A program made the translations under genes and the position numbers. A DNA stretch of 64,000 nt from Escherichia coli O157:H7. Lineage in GTDB: Bacteria > Pseudomonadota > Gammaproteobacteria > Enterobacterales > Enterobacteriaceae. A model generated the notes under the pieces. It ran no database searches. It was given only the letters and a program-made list of their open reading frames with translations, and was not told the DNA's origin. Below are positions 40,780-53,198 of the stretch, in pieces. The DNA lies in assembly GCF_013167455.1 (NCBI RefSeq), contig NZ_CP038328.1. The stretch is one strand, 5' to 3'. How positions within the stretch are numbered: the stretch's first letter is position 1; each line of letters begins with the position of its first letter.

Positions 40780-42582
40780 ATGGTGAACAATATGACCGAC
40801 TTAACCGCGCAAGAACCCGCCTGGCAGACCCGCGATCATCTTGATGATCCGGTAATTGGCGAACTGCGCAACCGTTTTGGGCCGGATGCCTTTACTGTTC
40901 AGGCGACTCGCACCGGGGTTCCCGTTGTGTGGATCAAGCGTGAACAATTACTGGAAGTTGGCGATTTCTTAAAGAAACTGCCGAAACCTTACGTCATGCT
41001 GTTTGACTTACACGGCATGGACGAACGTCTGCGCACGCACCGCGAAGGGTTACCTGCCGCGGATTTTTCCGTTTTCTACCATCTGATTTCTATCGATCGT
41101 AACCGCGACATCATGCTGAAGGTGGCGCTGGCAGAAAACGACCTGCACGTACCGACCTTCACCAAACTGTTCCCGAACGCTAACTGGTATGAGCGTGAAA
41201 CCTGGGATCTGTTTGGCATTACATTCGACGGTCACCCGAACCTGCGCCGCATCATGATGCCGCAAACCTGGAAAGGTCACCCGCTGCGTAAAGATTACCC
41301 GGCGCGCGCTACCGAATTCTCGCCGTTTGAGCTGACCAAAGCCAAACAGGATCTGGAGATGGAAGCCCTGACCTTCAAACCGGAAGAGTGGGGGATGAAG
41401 CGCGGCACCGAAAACGAGGACTTCATGTTCCTCAACCTCGGTCCGAACCACCCGTCGGCGCACGGTGCTTTCCGTATCGTTTTGCAGCTCGACGGCGAAG
41501 AGATTGTCGACTGCGTACCAGACATCGGCTACCACCACCGTGGTGCGGAGAAAATGGGCGAACGCCAGTCCTGGCACAGCTACATTCCGTATACCGACCG
41601 TATCGAATACCTCGGCGGCTGCGTTAACGAAATGCCTTACGTGCTGGCGGTAGAGAAACTGGCCGGGATCACCGTGCCGGCTCGCGTTAACGTCATTCGC
41701 GTAATGCTCTCCGAACTGTTCCGCATCAACAGCCACCTGCTGTATATCTCGACCTTTATTCAGGACGTCGGCGCAATGACGCCCGTGTTCTTCGCCTTTA
41801 CCGATCGTCAGAAAATTTACGATCTGGTGGAAGCGATCACGGGTTTCCGTATGCACCCGGCGTGGTTCCGTATTGGCGGCGTAGCGCACGACCTGCCGCG
41901 CGGCTGGGATCGCCTGCTGCGTGAGTTCCTCGACTGGATGCCGAAACGTCTGGCGTCTTACGAGAAAGCGGCGCTGCAAAATACCATTCTGAAAGGTCGT
42001 TCCCAGGGCGTTGCCGCCTATGGCGCGAAAGAGGCGCTGGAGTGGGGCACCACTGGCGCGGGCCTGCGTGCTACCGGGATCGACTTCGACGTGCGTAAGG
42101 CGCGTCCTTATTCTGGCTATGAAAACTTCGACTTTGAAATCCCGGTTGGTGGTGGTGTTTCTGACTGCTACACCCGCGTAATGCTTAAAGTGGAAGAGCT
42201 GCGCCAGAGTCTGCGCATTCTTGAGCAGTGCCTCAACAACATGCCGGAAGGCCCGTTCAAAGCGGATCACCCGCTGACCACGCCGCCGCCGAAAGAGCGC
42301 ACGCTGCAACATATCGAAACCCTGATCACCCACTTCCTGCAAGTGTCGTGGGGGCCGGTGATGCCTGCCAATGAATCCTTCCAGATGATTGAGGCGACCA
42401 AAGGGATCAACAGTTACTACCTGACCAGCGACGGTAGCACCATGAGTTATCGCACTCGTATCCGCACGCCGAGTTATGCGCATTTGCAGCAAATTCCGGC
42501 GGCGATCCGCGGCAGCCTGGTGTCTGACCTGATTGTTTATCTGGGCAGTATCGATTTTGTTATGTCAGATGTGGACCGCTAA
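40780..42582 (+). CDS. nuoC: NADH:quinone oxidoreductase fused subunit C/D
   Basis: 600-aa single ORF covering NuoC-like and NuoD-like halves; an alternative ATG at 40792 has the better Shine-Dalgarno spacing. Confidence 0.95.
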   Translation: MVNNMTDLTAQEPAWQTRDHLDDPVIGELRNRFGPDAFTVQATRTGVPVVWIKREQLLEVGDFLKKLPKPYVMLFDLHGMDERLRTHREGLPAADFSVFYHLISIDRNRDIMLKVALAENDLHVPTFTKLFPNANWYERETWDLFGITFDGHPNLRRIMMPQTWKGHPLRKDYPARATEFSPFELTKAKQDLEMEALTFKPEEWGMKRGTENEDFMFLNLGPNHPSAHGAFRIVLQLDGEEIVDCVPDIGYHHRGAEKMGERQSWHSYIPYTDRIEYLGGCVNEMPYVLAVEKLAGITVPARVNVIRVMLSELFRINSHLLYISTFIQDVGAMTPVFFAFTDRQKIYDLVEAITGFRMHPAWFRIGGVAHDLPRGWDRLLREFLDWMPKRLASYEKAALQNTILKGRSQGVAAYGAKEALEWGTTGAGLRATGIDFDVRKARPYSGYENFDFEIPVGGGVSDCYTRVMLKVEELRQSLRILEQCLNNMPEGPFKADHPLTTPPPKERTLQHIETLITHFLQVSWGPVMPANESFQMIEATKGINSYYLTSDGSTMSYRTRIRTPSYAHLQQIPAAIRGSLVSDLIVYLGSIDFVMSDVDR

Positions 42583-42584
42583 TT

Positions 42585-43085
42585 ATGCACGAGAATCAAC
42601 AACCACAAACCGAGGCTTTTGAGCTGAGTGCGGCAGAGCGTGAAGCGATCGAGCACGAGATGCACCACTACGAAGACCCGCGTGCGGCGTCCATTGAAGC
42701 GCTGAAAATCGTTCAGAAGCAGCGTGGCTGGGTGCCGGATGGTGCGATCCACGCGATCGCCGATGTGCTGGGTATTCCGGCAAGCGACGTCGAAGGCGTG
42801 GCAACGTTCTACAGCCAGATCTTCCGCCAGCCGGTTGGCCGCCATGTGATCCGTTATTGCGACAGCGTGGTCTGTCATATCAATGGGTATCAGGGTATTC
42901 AGGCGGCGCTCGAGAAAAAGCTGAACATCAAACCAGGGCAAACGACATTTGATGGCCGCTTTACGCTGCTGCCAACTTGCTGCCTGGGGAACTGTGATAA
43001 AGGGCCAAACATGATGATCGATGAGGACACTCACGCGAATCTGACCCCGGAAGCGATCCCTGAACTGCTGGAGCGGTATAAATGA
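42585..43085 (+). CDS. nuoE: NADH:quinone oxidoreductase subunit E (2Fe-2S)
   Basis: 166 aa; thioredoxin-like 2Fe-2S cysteines in YCDSVVCH and [12 protein letters not shown]. Confidence 0.96.
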   Translation: MHENQQPQTEAFELSAAEREAIEHEMHHYEDPRAASIEALKIVQKQRGWVPDGAIHAIADVLGIPASDVEGVATFYSQIFRQPVGRHVIRYCDSVVCHINGYQGIQAALEKKLNIKPGQTTFDGRFTLLPTCCLGNCDKGPNMMIDEDTHANLTPEAIPELLERYK

Positions 43086-44419
43086 AAAACATTATCCGTA
43101 CTCCCGAAACGCATCCGCTGACCTGGCGTCTGCGCGATGACAAACAGCCAGTGTGGCTGGACGAATACCGCAGCAAAAACGGTTACGAAGGGGCGCGTAA
43201 GGCGCTGACCGGGCTGTCTCCGGACGAAATCGTTAATCAGGTAAAAGACGCTGGTCTGAAAGGGCGCGGCGGCGCGGGCTTTTCGACTGGCTTGAAGTGG
43301 AGCCTGATGCCGAAAGACGAATCCATGAACATCCGTTACCTGCTGTGTAACGCCGATGAAATGGAGCCGGGCACCTATAAAGACCGCCTGTTGATGGAGC
43401 AACTGCCGCACCTGCTGGTGGAAGGTATGCTCATCTCCGCGTTTGCGCTGAAAGCTTACCGTGGCTACATCTTCCTGCGTGGCGAATATATTGAAGCGGC
43501 AGTAAATCTGCGCCGCGCCATTGCCGAAGCGACTGAAGCGGGATTGCTTGGCAAAAACATTATGGGAACAGGTTTCGACTTCGAACTGTTCGTCCATACC
43601 GGGGCAGGGCGCTACATCTGCGGGGAAGAAACAGCGTTAATCAACTCCCTGGAAGGGCGTCGTGCTAACCCACGCTCGAAACCCCCCTTCCCGGCAACCT
43701 CCGGCGTATGGGGCAAACCGACCTGTGTCAACAACGTCGAAACCCTGTGTAACGTTCCGGCGATCCTCGCTAACGGCGTGGAGTGGTATCAGAACATCTC
43801 GAAAAGTAAAGATGCTGGCACCAAGCTGATGGGCTTCTCCGGTCGGGTGAAAAATCCGGGACTGTGGGAACTGCCGTTCGGCACCACCGCACGCGAGATC
43901 CTCGAAGATTACGCCGGTGGTATGCGTGACGGTCTGAAATTCAAAGCCTGGCAGCCAGGCGGCGCGGGCACCGACTTCCTGACCGAAGCGCACCTTGACC
44001 TGCCGATGGAATTCGAAAGTATCGGTAAAGCGGGCAGCCGTCTGGGTACGGCGCTGGCGATGGCGGTTGACCATGAAATCAACATGGTGTCGCTGGTGCG
44101 TAACCTGGAAGAGTTTTTCGCCCGTGAGTCCTGCGGCTGGTGTACGCCGTGCCGCGACGGTCTGCCGTGGAGCGTGAAAATTCTGCGTGCGCTGGAGCGT
44201 GGCGAAGGTCAGCCGGGCGATATCGAAACACTTGAGCAACTGTGTCGATTCTTAGGCCCGGGTAAAACTTTCTGTGCCCACGCACCTGGTGCTGTGGAGC
44301 CGTTACAGAGCGCCATCAAATATTTCCGCGAAGAATTTGAGGCGGGGATCAAACAGCCGTTCAGCAATACCCATTTGATTAATGGGATTCAGCCGAACCT
44401 GCTGAAAGAGCGCTGGTAA
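43082..44419 (+). CDS. nuoF: NADH:quinone oxidoreductase subunit F (NADH/FMN-binding)
   Basis: 445 aa; glycine-rich [11 protein letters not shown]-terminal 4Fe-4S cysteines [12 protein letters not shown]. Confidence 0.97.
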   Translation: MKNIIRTPETHPLTWRLRDDKQPVWLDEYRSKNGYEGARKALTGLSPDEIVNQVKDAGLKGRGGAGFSTGLKWSLMPKDESMNIRYLLCNADEMEPGTYKDRLLMEQLPHLLVEGMLISAFALKAYRGYIFLRGEYIEAAVNLRRAIAEATEAGLLGKNIMGTGFDFELFVHTGAGRYICGEETALINSLEGRRANPRSKPPFPATSGVWGKPTCVNNVETLCNVPAILANGVEWYQNISKSKDAGTKLMGFSGRVKNPGLWELPFGTTAREILEDYAGGMRDGLKFKAWQPGGAGTDFLTEAHLDLPMEFESIGKAGSRLGTALAMAVDHEINMVSLVRNLEEFFARESCGWCTPCRDGLPWSVKILRALERGEGQPGDIETLEQLCRFLGPGKTFCAHAPGAVEPLQSAIKYFREEFEAGIKQPFSNTHLINGIQPNLLKERW

Positions 44420-44471
44420 CCGAATTTCGATTAACGCTCAGTCTCTGACTGAGAAAACTGGAAGCATGCTA

Positions 44472-47198
44472 ATGGCTACAATTCATGTAGACGGCAAAGA
44501 ATACGAGGTCAACGGAGCGGACAACCTGCTGGAAGCTTGTCTGTCTCTGGGCCTTGATATTCCTTACTTTTGCTGGCATCCGGCGCTGGGAAGCGTCGGT
44601 GCTTGCCGCCAGTGTGCGGTGAAGCAATACCAAAACGCGGAAGACACGCGTGGTCGCCTGGTGATGTCCTGTATGACACCGGCTTCCGATGGCACCTTTA
44701 TTTCCATTGACGACGAAGAAGCGAAACAGTTCCGTGAAAGTGTGGTCGAGTGGTTAATGACCAACCACCCGCACGACTGTCCGGTATGTGAAGAAGGCGG
44801 TAACTGCCATCTTCAGGATATGACCGTGATGACCGGACACAGCTTCCGTCGCTACCGTTTCACCAAACGTACCCACCGTAATCAGGATTTGGGGCCGTTC
44901 ATCTCTCACGAAATGAACCGCTGCATCGCCTGCTACCGCTGCGTGCGTTACTACAAAGATTACGCTGACGGTACAGATCTGGGCGTTTATGGCGCGCATG
45001 ACAACGTCTACTTCGGTCGCCCGGAAGACGGCACGCTGGAAAGCGAATTTTCCGGTAACCTGGTCGAAATTTGCCCGACCGGCGTATTTACCGACAAAAC
45101 GCACTCCGAGCGTTACAACCGTAAATGGGATATGCAGTTTGCGCCGAGCATCTGCCAGCAATGTTCCATCGGCTGTAACATCAGCCCCGGCGAGCGTTAT
45201 GGCGAACTGCGTCGTATCGAAAACCGTTACAACGGTACGGTAAACCACTACTTCCTCTGCGACCGTGGTCGTTTCGGTTACGGTTACGTCAACCTGAAAG
45301 ATCGTCCGCGTCAGCCAGTACAGCGTCGTGGCGATGATTTCATTACCCTCAACGCCGAACAGGCAATGCAGGGCGCGGCAGATATTCTGCGTCAGTCGAA
45401 GAAAGTGATCGGTATTGGTTCTCCGCGTGCCAGCGTGGAAAGCAACTTTGCGCTGCGTGAACTGGTGGGCGAAGAAAACTTCTACACCGGTATCGCTCAC
45501 GGTGAGCAGGAACGTCTGCAACTGGCGCTGAAAGTGCTGCGTGAAGGCGGCATTTATACTCCGGCTCTGCGCGAAATCGAATCTTACGATGCGGTACTGG
45601 TGCTGGGCGAAGACGTTACCCAGACCGGCGCGCGCGTCGCGCTGGCAGTGCGCCAGGCGGTGAAAGGTAAAGCGCGCGAAATGGCGGCAGCACAGAAAGT
45701 GGCTGACTGGCAGATTGCGGCAATCCTCAATATCGGTCAACGTGCTAAGCATCCGCTGTTTGTTACCAACGTTGATGACACCCGTCTGGATGATATCGCG
45801 GCGTGGACTTACCGCGCACCGGTTGAAGATCAGGCGCGTTTAGGTTTTGCCATCGCCCATGCGCTGGATAACTCTGCGCCAGCGGTTGACGGTATTGAAC
45901 CTGAGCTGCAAAGCAAAATCGACGTCATCGTGCAGGCACTGGCGGGTGCGAAGAAACCGTTGATTATCTCCGGGACGAACGCCGGTAGCTTAGAGGTGAT
46001 TCAGGCTGCGGCTAACGTCGCGAAAGCCCTGAAAGGTCGCGGCGCTGACGTCGGTATCACCATGATTGCCCGTTCCGTCAACAGCATGGGGTTGGGCATT
46101 ATGGGCGGTGGATCGCTTGAAGAAGCGTTAACCGAACTGGAAACCGGACGCGCCGACGCGGTGGTGGTGCTGGAAAACGATCTGCATCGTCACGCTTCTG
46201 CTACCCGCGTGAATGCTGCGCTGGCTAAAGCGCCGCTGGTGATGGTGGTTGACCATCAACGCACAGCGATCATGGAAAACGCCCATCTGGTGCTTTCCGC
46301 TGCCAGCTTTGCTGAAAGCGACGGTACGGTAATTAATAATGAAGGTCGCGCCCAACGTTTCTTCCAGGTTTACGATCCGGCTTATTACGACAGCAAAACT
46401 GTCATGCTGGAAAGTTGGCGCTGGCTGCACTCGCTGCACAGCACCTTGCTGAGCCGTGAAGTGGACTGGACGCAGCTCGACCATGTAATTGACGCTGTTG
46501 TGGCGAAAATCCCGGAACTGGCGGGTATCAAAGATGCTGCGCCAGATGCGACATTCCGTATTCGTGGGCAGAAACTGGCCCGTGAACCGCACCGTTACAG
46601 CGGTCGTACCGCCATGCGCGCCAATATCAGCGTTCATGAGCCGCGTCAGCCGCAGGATATTGACACCATGTTCACCTTCTCGATGGAAGGTAACAACCAG
46701 CCGACCGCGCACCGTTCGCAAGTGCCGTTTGCCTGGGCTCCGGGCTGGAACTCCCCGCAGGCGTGGAACAAATTCCAGGACGAAGTGGGCGGCAAACTGC
46801 GCTTTGGCGATCCGGGTGTGCGTCTGTTTGAAACCAGCGAAAATGGTCTGGATTACTTCACCAGCGTACCGGCACGCTTCCAGCCGCAGGACGGGAAATG
46901 GCGTATCGCGCCGTACTACCACCTGTTTGGCAGCGATGAATTGTCACAGCGTGCTCCGGTCTTCCAGTGTCGTATGCCGCAGCCGTACATCAAACTCAAC
47001 CCAGCGGATGCCGCGAAGTTGGGTGTAAACGCAGGTACACGCGTCTCCTTTAGTTACGATGGCAACACGGTCACTCTGCCGGTTGAAATCGCTGAAGGGC
47101 TGACGGCAGGGCAGGTGGGCTTGCCGATGGGTATGTCCGGCATTGCTCCGGTGCTGGCTGGCGCGCATCTTGAGGATCTCAAGGAGGCACAACAATGA
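44472..47198 (+). CDS. nuoG: NADH:quinone oxidoreductase subunit G
   Basis: 908 aa from ATG 44472 (track ORF starts 6 nt earlier, but that ATG is too close to the ggaag SD); N-terminal 2Fe-2[16 protein letters not shown] and multiple 4Fe-4S motifs. Confidence 0.97.
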
Positions 47199-48172
47199 GT
47201 TGGATATCACCGGAACTGATTGAGATCCTGCTGACCATCCTCAAAGCGGTGGTGATCCTGCTGGTGGTTGTCACCTGCGGGGCATTCATGAGCTTTGGCG
47301 AACGTCGCCTGCTGGGTCTGTTCCAGAACCGTTACGGACCTAACCGTGTTGGCTGGGGTGGTTCGCTCCAGCTGGTTGCGGACATGATCAAAATGTTCTT
47401 TAAAGAAGACTGGATCCCGAAATTCTCGGATCGCGTCATCTTTACCCTGGCACCGATGATTGCCTTTACCTCGCTGCTGCTGGCCTTTGCGATTGTGCCA
47501 GTCAGTCCGGGTTGGGTGGTTGCCGACCTGAACATCGGGATTTTGTTCTTCCTGATGATGGCCGGTCTGGCGGTTTACGCGGTGCTGTTTGCGGGCTGGT
47601 CAAGTAACAACAAATACTCGCTGCTCGGTGCGATGCGTGCTTCTGCGCAGACCCTGAGCTACGAAGTGTTCCTCGGGCTTTCCCTGATGGGCGTGGTGGC
47701 GCAGGCCGGTTCATTCAACATGACCGACATCGTCAACAGCCAGGCGCATGTGTGGAACGTCATCCCGCAATTCTTTGGTTTTATTACCTTTGCCATCGCG
47801 GGCGTGGCGGTGTGTCACCGTCACCCGTTTGACCAGCCGGAAGCCGAGCAGGAACTGGCGGATGGTTACCACATTGAATATTCCGGTATGAAGTTCGGTC
47901 TGTTCTTCGTGGGTGAGTACATCGGGATTGTGACCATCTCTGCATTGATGGTGACGCTGTTCTTCGGTGGCTGGCAAGGCCCGTTGTTACCGCCATTCAT
48001 CTGGTTCGCGCTGAAAACCGCGTTCTTTATGATGATGTTCATTTTGATTCGTGCGTCGTTACCGCGTCCGCGTTATGACCAGGTAATGTCCTTCGGCTGG
48101 AAAATCTGCCTGCCGCTGACGCTGATCAACTTGCTGGTAACGGCGGCTGTCATTCTCTGGCAGGCGCAATAA
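47195..48172 (+). CDS. nuoH: NADH:quinone oxidoreductase subunit H
   Basis: 325 aa polytopic membrane protein; overlaps nuoG stop by 4 bp. Confidence 0.96.
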
Positions 48173-48186
48173 GGGGCAATAAGACC

Positions 48187-48729
48187 ATGACCTTAAAAGA
48201 ATTGTTAGTAGGTTTCGGCACCCAGGTTCGTAGTATCTGGATGATCGGCCTGCACGCGTTCGCCAAACGCGAAACGCGAATGTACCCGGAAGAGCCGGTC
48301 TATCTGCCGCCCCGTTATCGTGGTCGTATCGTTCTGACCCGCGACCCGGACGGCGAAGAGCGTTGCGTAGCCTGTAACCTCTGCGCGGTAGCCTGCCCGG
48401 TCGGCTGTATCTCGCTGCAAAAAGCAGAAACCAAAGACGGTCGCTGGTATCCGGAATTTTTCCGCATCAACTTCTCACGCTGCATTTTCTGTGGTTTGTG
48501 CGAAGAAGCCTGTCCGACCACGGCGATTCAGTTAACCCCGGATTTCGAAATGGGGGAATACAAGCGCCAGGATCTGGTTTACGAGAAAGAGGATCTGCTG
48601 ATCTCCGGTCCGGGCAAATACCCGGAGTATAACTTCTACCGGATGGCAGGTATGGCAATCGACGGCAAAGATAAGGGCGAAGCAGAGAACGAAGCCAAGC
48701 CTATCGACGTCAAGAGCCTGTTACCGTAA
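48187..48729 (+). CDS. nuoI: NADH:quinone oxidoreductase subunit I (2 x 4Fe-4S ferredoxin)
   Basis: 180 aa; [12 protein letters not shown] and [12 protein letters not shown]. Confidence 0.97.
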
Positions 48730-48740
48730 GGAGAGGGGCA

Positions 48741-49295
48741 ATGGAGTTCGCTTTTTATATCTGTGGCCTGATAGCCATACTTGCGACCTTGCGAGTGATC
48801 ACCCATACCAATCCGGTACACGCACTGCTGTACCTGATTATTTCGCTGCTGGCGATTTCCGGGGTGTTCTTCTCACTAGGCGCTTACTTCGCCGGTGCGC
48901 TGGAAATTATCGTCTACGCGGGTGCCATTATGGTGCTGTTCGTGTTCGTGGTGATGATGCTCAACCTGGGCGGTTCAGAAATCGAACAAGAACGCCAGTG
49001 GCTGAAACCGCAGGTGTGGATTGGTCCGGCAATTTTGTCAGCCATCATGTTGGTGGTGATTGTTTACGCCATTCTCGGTGTTAACGATCAAGGTATCGAC
49101 GGTACGCCAATCAGTGCTAAAGCAGTGGGTATTACGCTGTTCGGGCCTTACGTACTGGCGGTGGAACTGGCTTCTATGCTGCTGCTCGCGGGTCTGGTTG
49201 TGGCCTTCCACGTCGGTCGTGAAGAGCGTGCGGGTGAAGTGCTGAGCAATCGTAAAGACGACAGCGCGAAAAGAAAAACGGAGGAGCACGCATGA
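48741..49295 (+). CDS. nuoJ: NADH:quinone oxidoreductase subunit J
   Basis: 184 aa membrane protein. Confidence 0.95.
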
Positions 49296-49594
49296 TCCCC
49301 TTACAACATGGACTGATCCTCGCGGCAATCTTATTCGTTCTTGGCTTAACCGGTCTGGTTATCCGTCGCAATCTGCTGTTTATGCTGATTGGTCTGGAAA
49401 TCATGATTAACGCTTCCGCGCTGGCCTTTGTGGTCGCCGGAAGTTACTGGGGCCAGACCGACGGTCAGGTGATGTACATTCTCGCCATCAGCCTCGCGGC
49501 GGCAGAAGCGAGTATCGGCCTTGCGCTGCTGCTGCAACTTCACCGTCGTCGCCAGAACCTGAACATCGATTCAGTAAGTGAGATGCGCGGATGA
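49292..49594 (+). CDS. nuoK: NADH:quinone oxidoreductase subunit K
   Basis: 100 aa, three TM helices; 4-bp overlaps with nuoJ and nuoL. Confidence 0.95.
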
Positions 49595-51432
49595 ACATGC
49601 TTGCCTTAACCATTATTTTGCCATTGATTGGCTTCGTCCTGCTGGCGTTCTCCCGTGGGCGCTGGTCTGAAAACGTCTCGGCGATCGTCGGCGTTGGCTC
49701 TGTGGGCCTGGCGGCGCTGGTAACTGCCTTTATTGGCGTTGACTTCTTCGCTAACGGCGAGCAGGCATACAGCCAGCCGCTGTGGACGTGGATGTCGGTA
49801 GGCGACTTTAACATCGGTTTTAACCTGGTGCTGGACGGCCTGTCGCTGACCATGCTCTCGGTGGTCACTGGTGTGGGTTTCCTTATTCACATGTACGCCT
49901 CCTGGTATATGCGCGGTGAAGAGGGCTACTCTCGCTTCTTCGCTTACACCAACCTGTTTATCGCCAGCATGGTGGTTCTGGTGCTTGCCGACAACCTGCT
50001 GCTGATGTACCTCGGCTGGGAAGGCGTGGGCCTGTGCTCCTATCTGCTGATCGGGTTCTATTACACCGATCCGAAGAATGGCGCAGCGGCAATGAAAGCG
50101 TTCGTCGTGACCCGTGTGGGTGACGTGTTCCTCGCTTTCGCGCTGTTCATTCTTTACAACGAACTGGGCACCCTGAACTTCCGCGAAATGGTGGAACTGG
50201 CACCAGCGCACTTTGCTGACGGCAATAACATGCTGATGTGGGCGACGCTGATGCTGCTGGGCGGTGCGGTCGGTAAATCTGCGCAGTTGCCGTTGCAGAC
50301 ATGGCTTGCCGACGCGATGGCGGGCCCGACGCCTGTCTCCGCGCTGATCCACGCCGCAACGATGGTAACCGCGGGTGTCTACCTGATCGCCCGTACCCAC
50401 GGCCTGTTCCTGATGACGCCGGAAGTTCTGCATCTGGTGGGCATTGTTGGGGCGGTTACGCTGCTGCTGGCCGGTTTTGCCGCGCTGGTACAGACCGACA
50501 TCAAACGTGTTCTCGCTTACTCTACCATGAGCCAGATTGGCTACATGTTCCTCGCGCTTGGCGTGCAGGCATGGGATGCGGCGATTTTTCACTTGATGAC
50601 CCACGCGTTCTTTAAAGCGCTGCTGTTCCTGGCATCCGGTTCCGTCATTCTCGCCTGCCATCACGAACAGAACATCTTCAAGATGGGCGGTCTGCGTAAA
50701 TCTATTCCGCTGGTTTATCTCTGCTTCCTGGTGGGCGGCGCAGCACTGTCGGCACTGCCGCTAGTCACTGCGGGCTTCTTCAGTAAGGATGAGATCCTCG
50801 CGGGTGCGATGGCGAATGGTCATATCAATCTGATGGTGGCAGGTCTGGTCGGTGCGTTTATGACCTCGCTCTACACCTTCCGTATGATTTTCATCGTCTT
50901 CCACGGAAAAGAACAAATTCACGCTCACGCCGTGAAAGGGGTAACTCACAGCCTGCCGCTGATTGTGCTGCTGATCCTTTCCACCTTCGTTGGCGCACTG
51001 ATTGTACCGCCGCTGCAGGGCGTGCTTCCGCAAACGACGGAACTGGCGCACGGCAGCATGTTGACCCTGGAAATTACCTCTGGCGTGGTCGCGGTGGTCG
51101 GCATTCTGCTGGCAGCCTGGCTGTGGCTGGGTAAACGTACTCTGGTGACCTCCATCGCCAACAGTGCGCCGGGCCGTCTGCTGGGCACCTGGTGGTACAA
51201 CGCCTGGGGCTTTGACTGGCTGTACGACAAAGTGTTCGTCAAGCCGTTCCTGGGTATTGCCTGGTTGCTGAAACGCGATCCGCTGAACTCAATGATGAAC
51301 ATCCCGGCTGTCCTTTCCCGCTTTGCAGGTAAAGGCCTGCTGTTAAGCGAGAACGGTTATCTGCGCTGGTATGTGGCATCCATGAGCATCGGTGCGGTCG
51401 TGGTGCTGGCACTGTTGATGGTACTGCGTTGA
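49591..51432 (+). CDS. nuoL: NADH:quinone oxidoreductase subunit L (antiporter-like)
   Basis: 613 aa; Mrp-antiporter-like polytopic protein. Confidence 0.96.
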
Positions 51433-51662
51433 GTTGTTGGCTGAGTGAATATACCCGGCGTTGCGCCGGGTCTGTGAACTAAGAATAAATTTTAGGTAAC
51501 TGTTCCTGAAGTACAGGCGTCATCGGCGAAGTCAGACCGGATACCGCCAGCGCACAGCAACCGGAGCGTACTTAAGTACGTGAGGATTGCGAGCACTGCC
51601 GGGATTCGGGCTGGCGAGTGAGATAGCCTGAGCAGGAGTAAATATAAGGGACATACTTAGCT

Positions 51663-53192
51663 ATGTTATTACCCTGGTTAATACTAATCCCCTTTATCGG
51701 CGGCTTCCTGTGCTGGCAGACCGAACGCTTTGGCGTCAAGGTGCCGCGCTGGATCGCGCTGATCACCATGGGATTGACGCTGGCGCTGTCGCTGCAACTG
51801 TGGTTGCAGGGCGGTTATTCACTGACGCAATCCGCCGGAATTCCGCAGTGGCAGTCTGAATTCGACATGCCGTGGATCCCGCGTTTTGGTATCTCTATCC
51901 ATCTCGCCATTGACGGGCTGTCGCTGCTGATGGTCGTGCTGACCGGTCTGCTCGGTGTGCTGGCGGTACTCTGTTCGTGGAAAGAGATCGAAAAATATCA
52001 GGGCTTCTTCCACCTCAACCTGATGTGGATCCTGGGCGGCGTTATCGGCGTGTTCCTTGCCATCGACATGTTCCTGTTCTTCTTCTTCTGGGAAATGATG
52101 CTGGTGCCGATGTACTTCCTGATCGCACTGTGGGGGCATAAAGCCTCTGATGGTAAAACGCGTATCACGGCGGCAACCAAGTTCTTCATTTACACCCAGG
52201 CGAGTGGTCTGGTGATGTTGATCGCCATCCTGGCGCTGGTTTTTGTTCACTACAATGCGACCGGCGTCTGGACCTTCAACTATGAAGAGCTGCTGAATAC
52301 GCCAATGTCCAGTGGTGTGGAATATCTGTTGATGCTGGGCTTCTTCATCGCGTTTGCGGTGAAAATGCCGGTGGTTCCGCTGCATGGCTGGCTGCCGGAT
52401 GCGCACTCACAGGCACCGACCGCCGGTTCCGTGGACCTCGCGGGGATCTTGCTGAAAACCGCCGCTTACGGTCTGCTGCGTTTCTCCCTACCGCTGTTCC
52501 CAAACGCGTCGGCAGAGTTCGCGCCAATCGCCATGTGGCTGGGTGTTATCGGCATCTTCTACGGTGCGTGGATGGCCTTCGCCCAGACCGATATCAAACG
52601 TCTGATCGCCTACACCTCGGTTTCCCACATGGGCTTCGTACTGATTGCTATCTACACCGGCAGCCAGTTGGCCTACCAGGGCGCGGTAATCCAGATGATT
52701 GCGCACGGCTTGTCAGCGGCGGGTCTGTTTATTCTTTGTGGTCAGCTTTATGAACGTATCCATACCCGCGACATGCGCATGATGGGCGGTCTGTGGAGCA
52801 AGATGAAATGGCTGCCAGCCTTGTCACTGTTCTTTGCGGTGGCAACGCTCGGGATGCCAGGCACCGGTAACTTCGTCGGCGAATTTATGATTCTGTTCGG
52901 CAGCTTCCAGGTTGTCCCGGTGATTACCGTTATCTCTACCTTTGGGCTGGTCTTTGCATCTGTTTATTCGCTGGCGATGTTACATCGCGCTTACTTCGGT
53001 AAAGCGAAAAGCCAGATTGCCAGCCAGGAACTGCCAGGGATGTCGCTGCGTGAGCTGTTTATGATCCTGTTGCTGGTGGTGCTGCTGGTACTGCTGGGCT
53101 TCTATCCGCAGCCGATTCTGGATACCTCGCACTCCGCGATTGGCAATATCCAGCAGTGGTTTGTTAATTCCGTTACTACTACAAGGCCGTAA
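51663..53192 (+). CDS. nuoM: NADH:quinone oxidoreductase subunit M (antiporter-like)
   Basis: 509 aa. Confidence 0.96.
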   Translation: MLLPWLILIPFIGGFLCWQTERFGVKVPRWIALITMGLTLALSLQLWLQGGYSLTQSAGIPQWQSEFDMPWIPRFGISIHLAIDGLSLLMVVLTGLLGVLAVLCSWKEIEKYQGFFHLNLMWILGGVIGVFLAIDMFLFFFFWEMMLVPMYFLIALWGHKASDGKTRITAATKFFIYTQASGLVMLIAILALVFVHYNATGVWTFNYEELLNTPMSSGVEYLLMLGFFIAFAVKMPVVPLHGWLPDAHSQAPTAGSVDLAGILLKTAAYGLLRFSLPLFPNASAEFAPIAMWLGVIGIFYGAWMAFAQTDIKRLIAYTSVSHMGFVLIAIYTGSQLAYQGAVIQMIAHGLSAAGLFILCGQLYERIHTRDMRMMGGLWSKMKWLPALSLFFAVATLGMPGTGNFVGEFMILFGSFQVVPVITVISTFGLVFASVYSLAMLHRAYFGKAKSQIASQELPGMSLRELFMILLLVVLLVLLGFYPQPILDTSHSAIGNIQQWFVNSVTTTRP

Positions 53193-53198
53193 ATCGCC

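Noticed and set aside
41050-42492. 480-aa minus-strand ORF inside nuoC
   Set aside because: Antisense to the fused nuoCD gene; arginine-rich low-complexity translation typical of antisense frames.
44754-45752. 332-aa minus-strand ORF inside nuoG (and the 264-aa ORF at 46128..46922)
   Set aside because: Antisense to nuoG, which carries clear Fe-S motifs; no supporting signals.
49606-50664. 352-aa minus-strand ORF inside nuoL
   Set aside because: Antisense frame of a conserved membrane subunit; highly basic and low-complexity.
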